Below are positions 62,297-64,000 of a stretch of DNA of 64,000 bases, in pieces; the stretch's first letter is position 1; the number at the start of each line of letters is the position of its first letter. Source of the stretch: Moniliella sp. 'wahieum' (Eukaryota); the NCBI GenBank assembly GCA_003971905.1, contig RSEE01000029.1:620001-684000 (forward strand). Direction: 5' to 3'. The notes below the pieces were generated by a model. It was not told the DNA's origin. It searched no databases and was given only the letters and a program-made list of their open reading frames with translations. The translations under genes were made by a program, and so were the position numbers.

Positions 62297-64000
62297 ATGC
62301 GGACCAAAGTCCTCTCCCTGGCAGATGCCGCGGCCCAGATCCAGAGCCCGGCGCACGCCAAGGCCTTGATTCACTTCTTGACCGAGGAACGTGGGTACAC
62401 CCTCGCGGAGGTCCTTGCCGAGGTGCCGAATGGCTGTGTGCCCGTCACCCCCCGATCTACCCGGATTCCACGCGCTCGCCACGGACCCGCCTACCGTACC
62501 TTGACCATGATGGCGCCCGCCCCAGCGGACAAACCGTGGAAGCTCATTGACCGTATCATCTCCTCCCAGGTGTTCCCTCCTGGCCTGCCTGCCCTGCCTT
62601 GGGCTCCAGCAAGTGGTACATGCTCATGAAGAAGGGGTTACTGCAGTGTGTGGTCTGTGGCACATTCTCGAGAACGGTCCTGCGACAGCCGACGAGGTGG
62701 CACTCGATTATGAATTGCCCGCCTGCCTCGCCGTGGGCATGGATGACGAGACCAGGTACATGGTACAGGACCGATCGGGACACGTGTGCGTGTTCCTACG
62801 CAACCTGCACCGCCAGTACGGCGACGGGCACGACTTAGCCATGCGGGAAGTGTACCTGCGGCAGTTACTAGTTACTAGTTACTGCAGCTCCAGCCCAAGC
62901 GCGGAGAGATGTTGCAGGAAATTTGTCGCGCATTGAGGTGTGAGCCCGCGATGCGTCTTGCTCGTCGAGAGCGATTCGGTGGCTTGTATGACCCTCCGCT
63001 CCGCTCGCTCTCTCGTCCACCCCCTCGGCATGATCAACCTCGCCTCGCGCACCGCACACACACACGCATCCAAGCTGTGCACCTCAGTGGCCTCGCGCTC
63101 GAGCTCCAGCCAACTACCGTTCCAGCCAGGCGGGATCGCGCCTGCCGCCGTGTGGCCAGCGGTCCGGCCAGGCCCGCGCAAGCGACCACCGTCCAACGGG
63201 GGACCGCCTGTCCATCCACCGCTCCCGCTACGCCTCCCACAGCCCTGCGGCACGCGCGTCCTCCACCCTTTCTCCCTCCTGCACCTCCACAGTCCCTGTC
63301 CCGCGCCACGGCGGGGGGACCGAGGTACGCGCTGACCGTGACAGATGCCTGTACGCAGTACGCCTGGACGCAGCCGTTGGTGCGGCAGCAAGATGCGACG
63401 GCGGCGGTGCAGGCGCTGATCTGGCGGGACCTTGCTCGTCCTGACCGGCGCCTTGAGACCGTGCGGTGCGACCATGTCCCCCCGCTCTCTACGGCTTTGG
63501 AGACGTTTTGTGCTGAGCTGGGCGTGGTGCGGCAGCGTGCGGATGCGCATGCGCATCCGGACCAAAAGGCGTCCGGGGGGAATGACACGGCCGGCGCACA
63601 CCGTCCATCATCCAATCTACCTTGCACTCTTGCACCGTGCCTGGAGCATGGTACGGTCCAACGGCTTGGTCTGGGACCAGTGGTCCACCACAACTCTCCT
63701 GGCCGCCACGTAAGCTGCCAACCAGGCCCGGCCCCGGTCCGCCCCACGGCCCCAACCCGGGCACCGGGAACGGCACCAGGAGACTGTGGGACAGACAGTC
63801 GGTTTGTGGCGTACCATGGGTTCCACCCCTTGGCTCGGCATGCCAGCGGCCCAGTTTGGCACGCCTCGCGTACCTGCCCGTGCGCCCGCGCATCAGCCCC
63901 ACGAGAAGACCGACACGCGTCCCCCTCCGCGTGCCAAGTCGAAATCGAATCCCGATCCGAATCTGAGCTCCAAGCCGAACGGCGGGCGCGTGCCATAATG
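62297..64000 (+). mobile_element. Ty1/copia-type integrase-derived sequence (about 63240-63900) joined to an unrecognised N-terminal coding region; broken frames; start may be 62158
   Basis: Frame through 63323 (not in the ORF track) reads GGPRYALTVTDACTQYAWTQPL...RRLETVRCD...LETFCAELGVVRQ. Adjacent frames give HPFSLLH before it, and LLHRAWSMVRSNGLVWDQW plus QFG..AY after it. This is the order of the copia rve core. Confidence 0.72.

Noticed and set aside
62650..62860. WHILENGPAT and AMREVYL as a copia aspartic protease; QCVVCG as a gag zinc knuckle
   Set aside because: The catalytic D(S/T)G is absent, the motifs lie in conflicting overlapping frames, and the similarity is too weak.

Overview
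This is GC-rich fungal nuclear DNA, most likely a basidiomycete and plausibly Ustilaginomycotina (inference from the GT(A/G)CGT...CTRAC...YAG introns and the protein sequences). The assembly appears indel-rich: even histone H3 and arginase carry single-base frameshifts, so CDS ends are approximate. Recognisable genes are arginase, histone H1, NUF2, a Pho80/Pcl6-7-type cyclin, a divergent H3-H4 pair, YRA1, a CorA Mg2+ transporter, a Clg1-like cyclin, a decayed PKC1 copy, an EFM7/NNT1-like methyltransferase, a divergent SSN6-like TPR gene, endosulfine, MsrA, a Sel1-repeat chitin-synthase-regulator-like gene and AUR1. Mobile DNA comprises a CRE/Cnl1-type non-LTR retrotransposon, a 5'-truncated second copy, and a Ty1/copia-type integrase remnant missed by the ORF track. 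The most striking unexplained structure is a pervasive non-coding grammar of 7-bp-period arrays: a T-N-A scaffold alternating with a 4-bp palindrome. All 16 possible palindromic cores occur, cores switch within one register, and one array appears to have been written into a reading frame.
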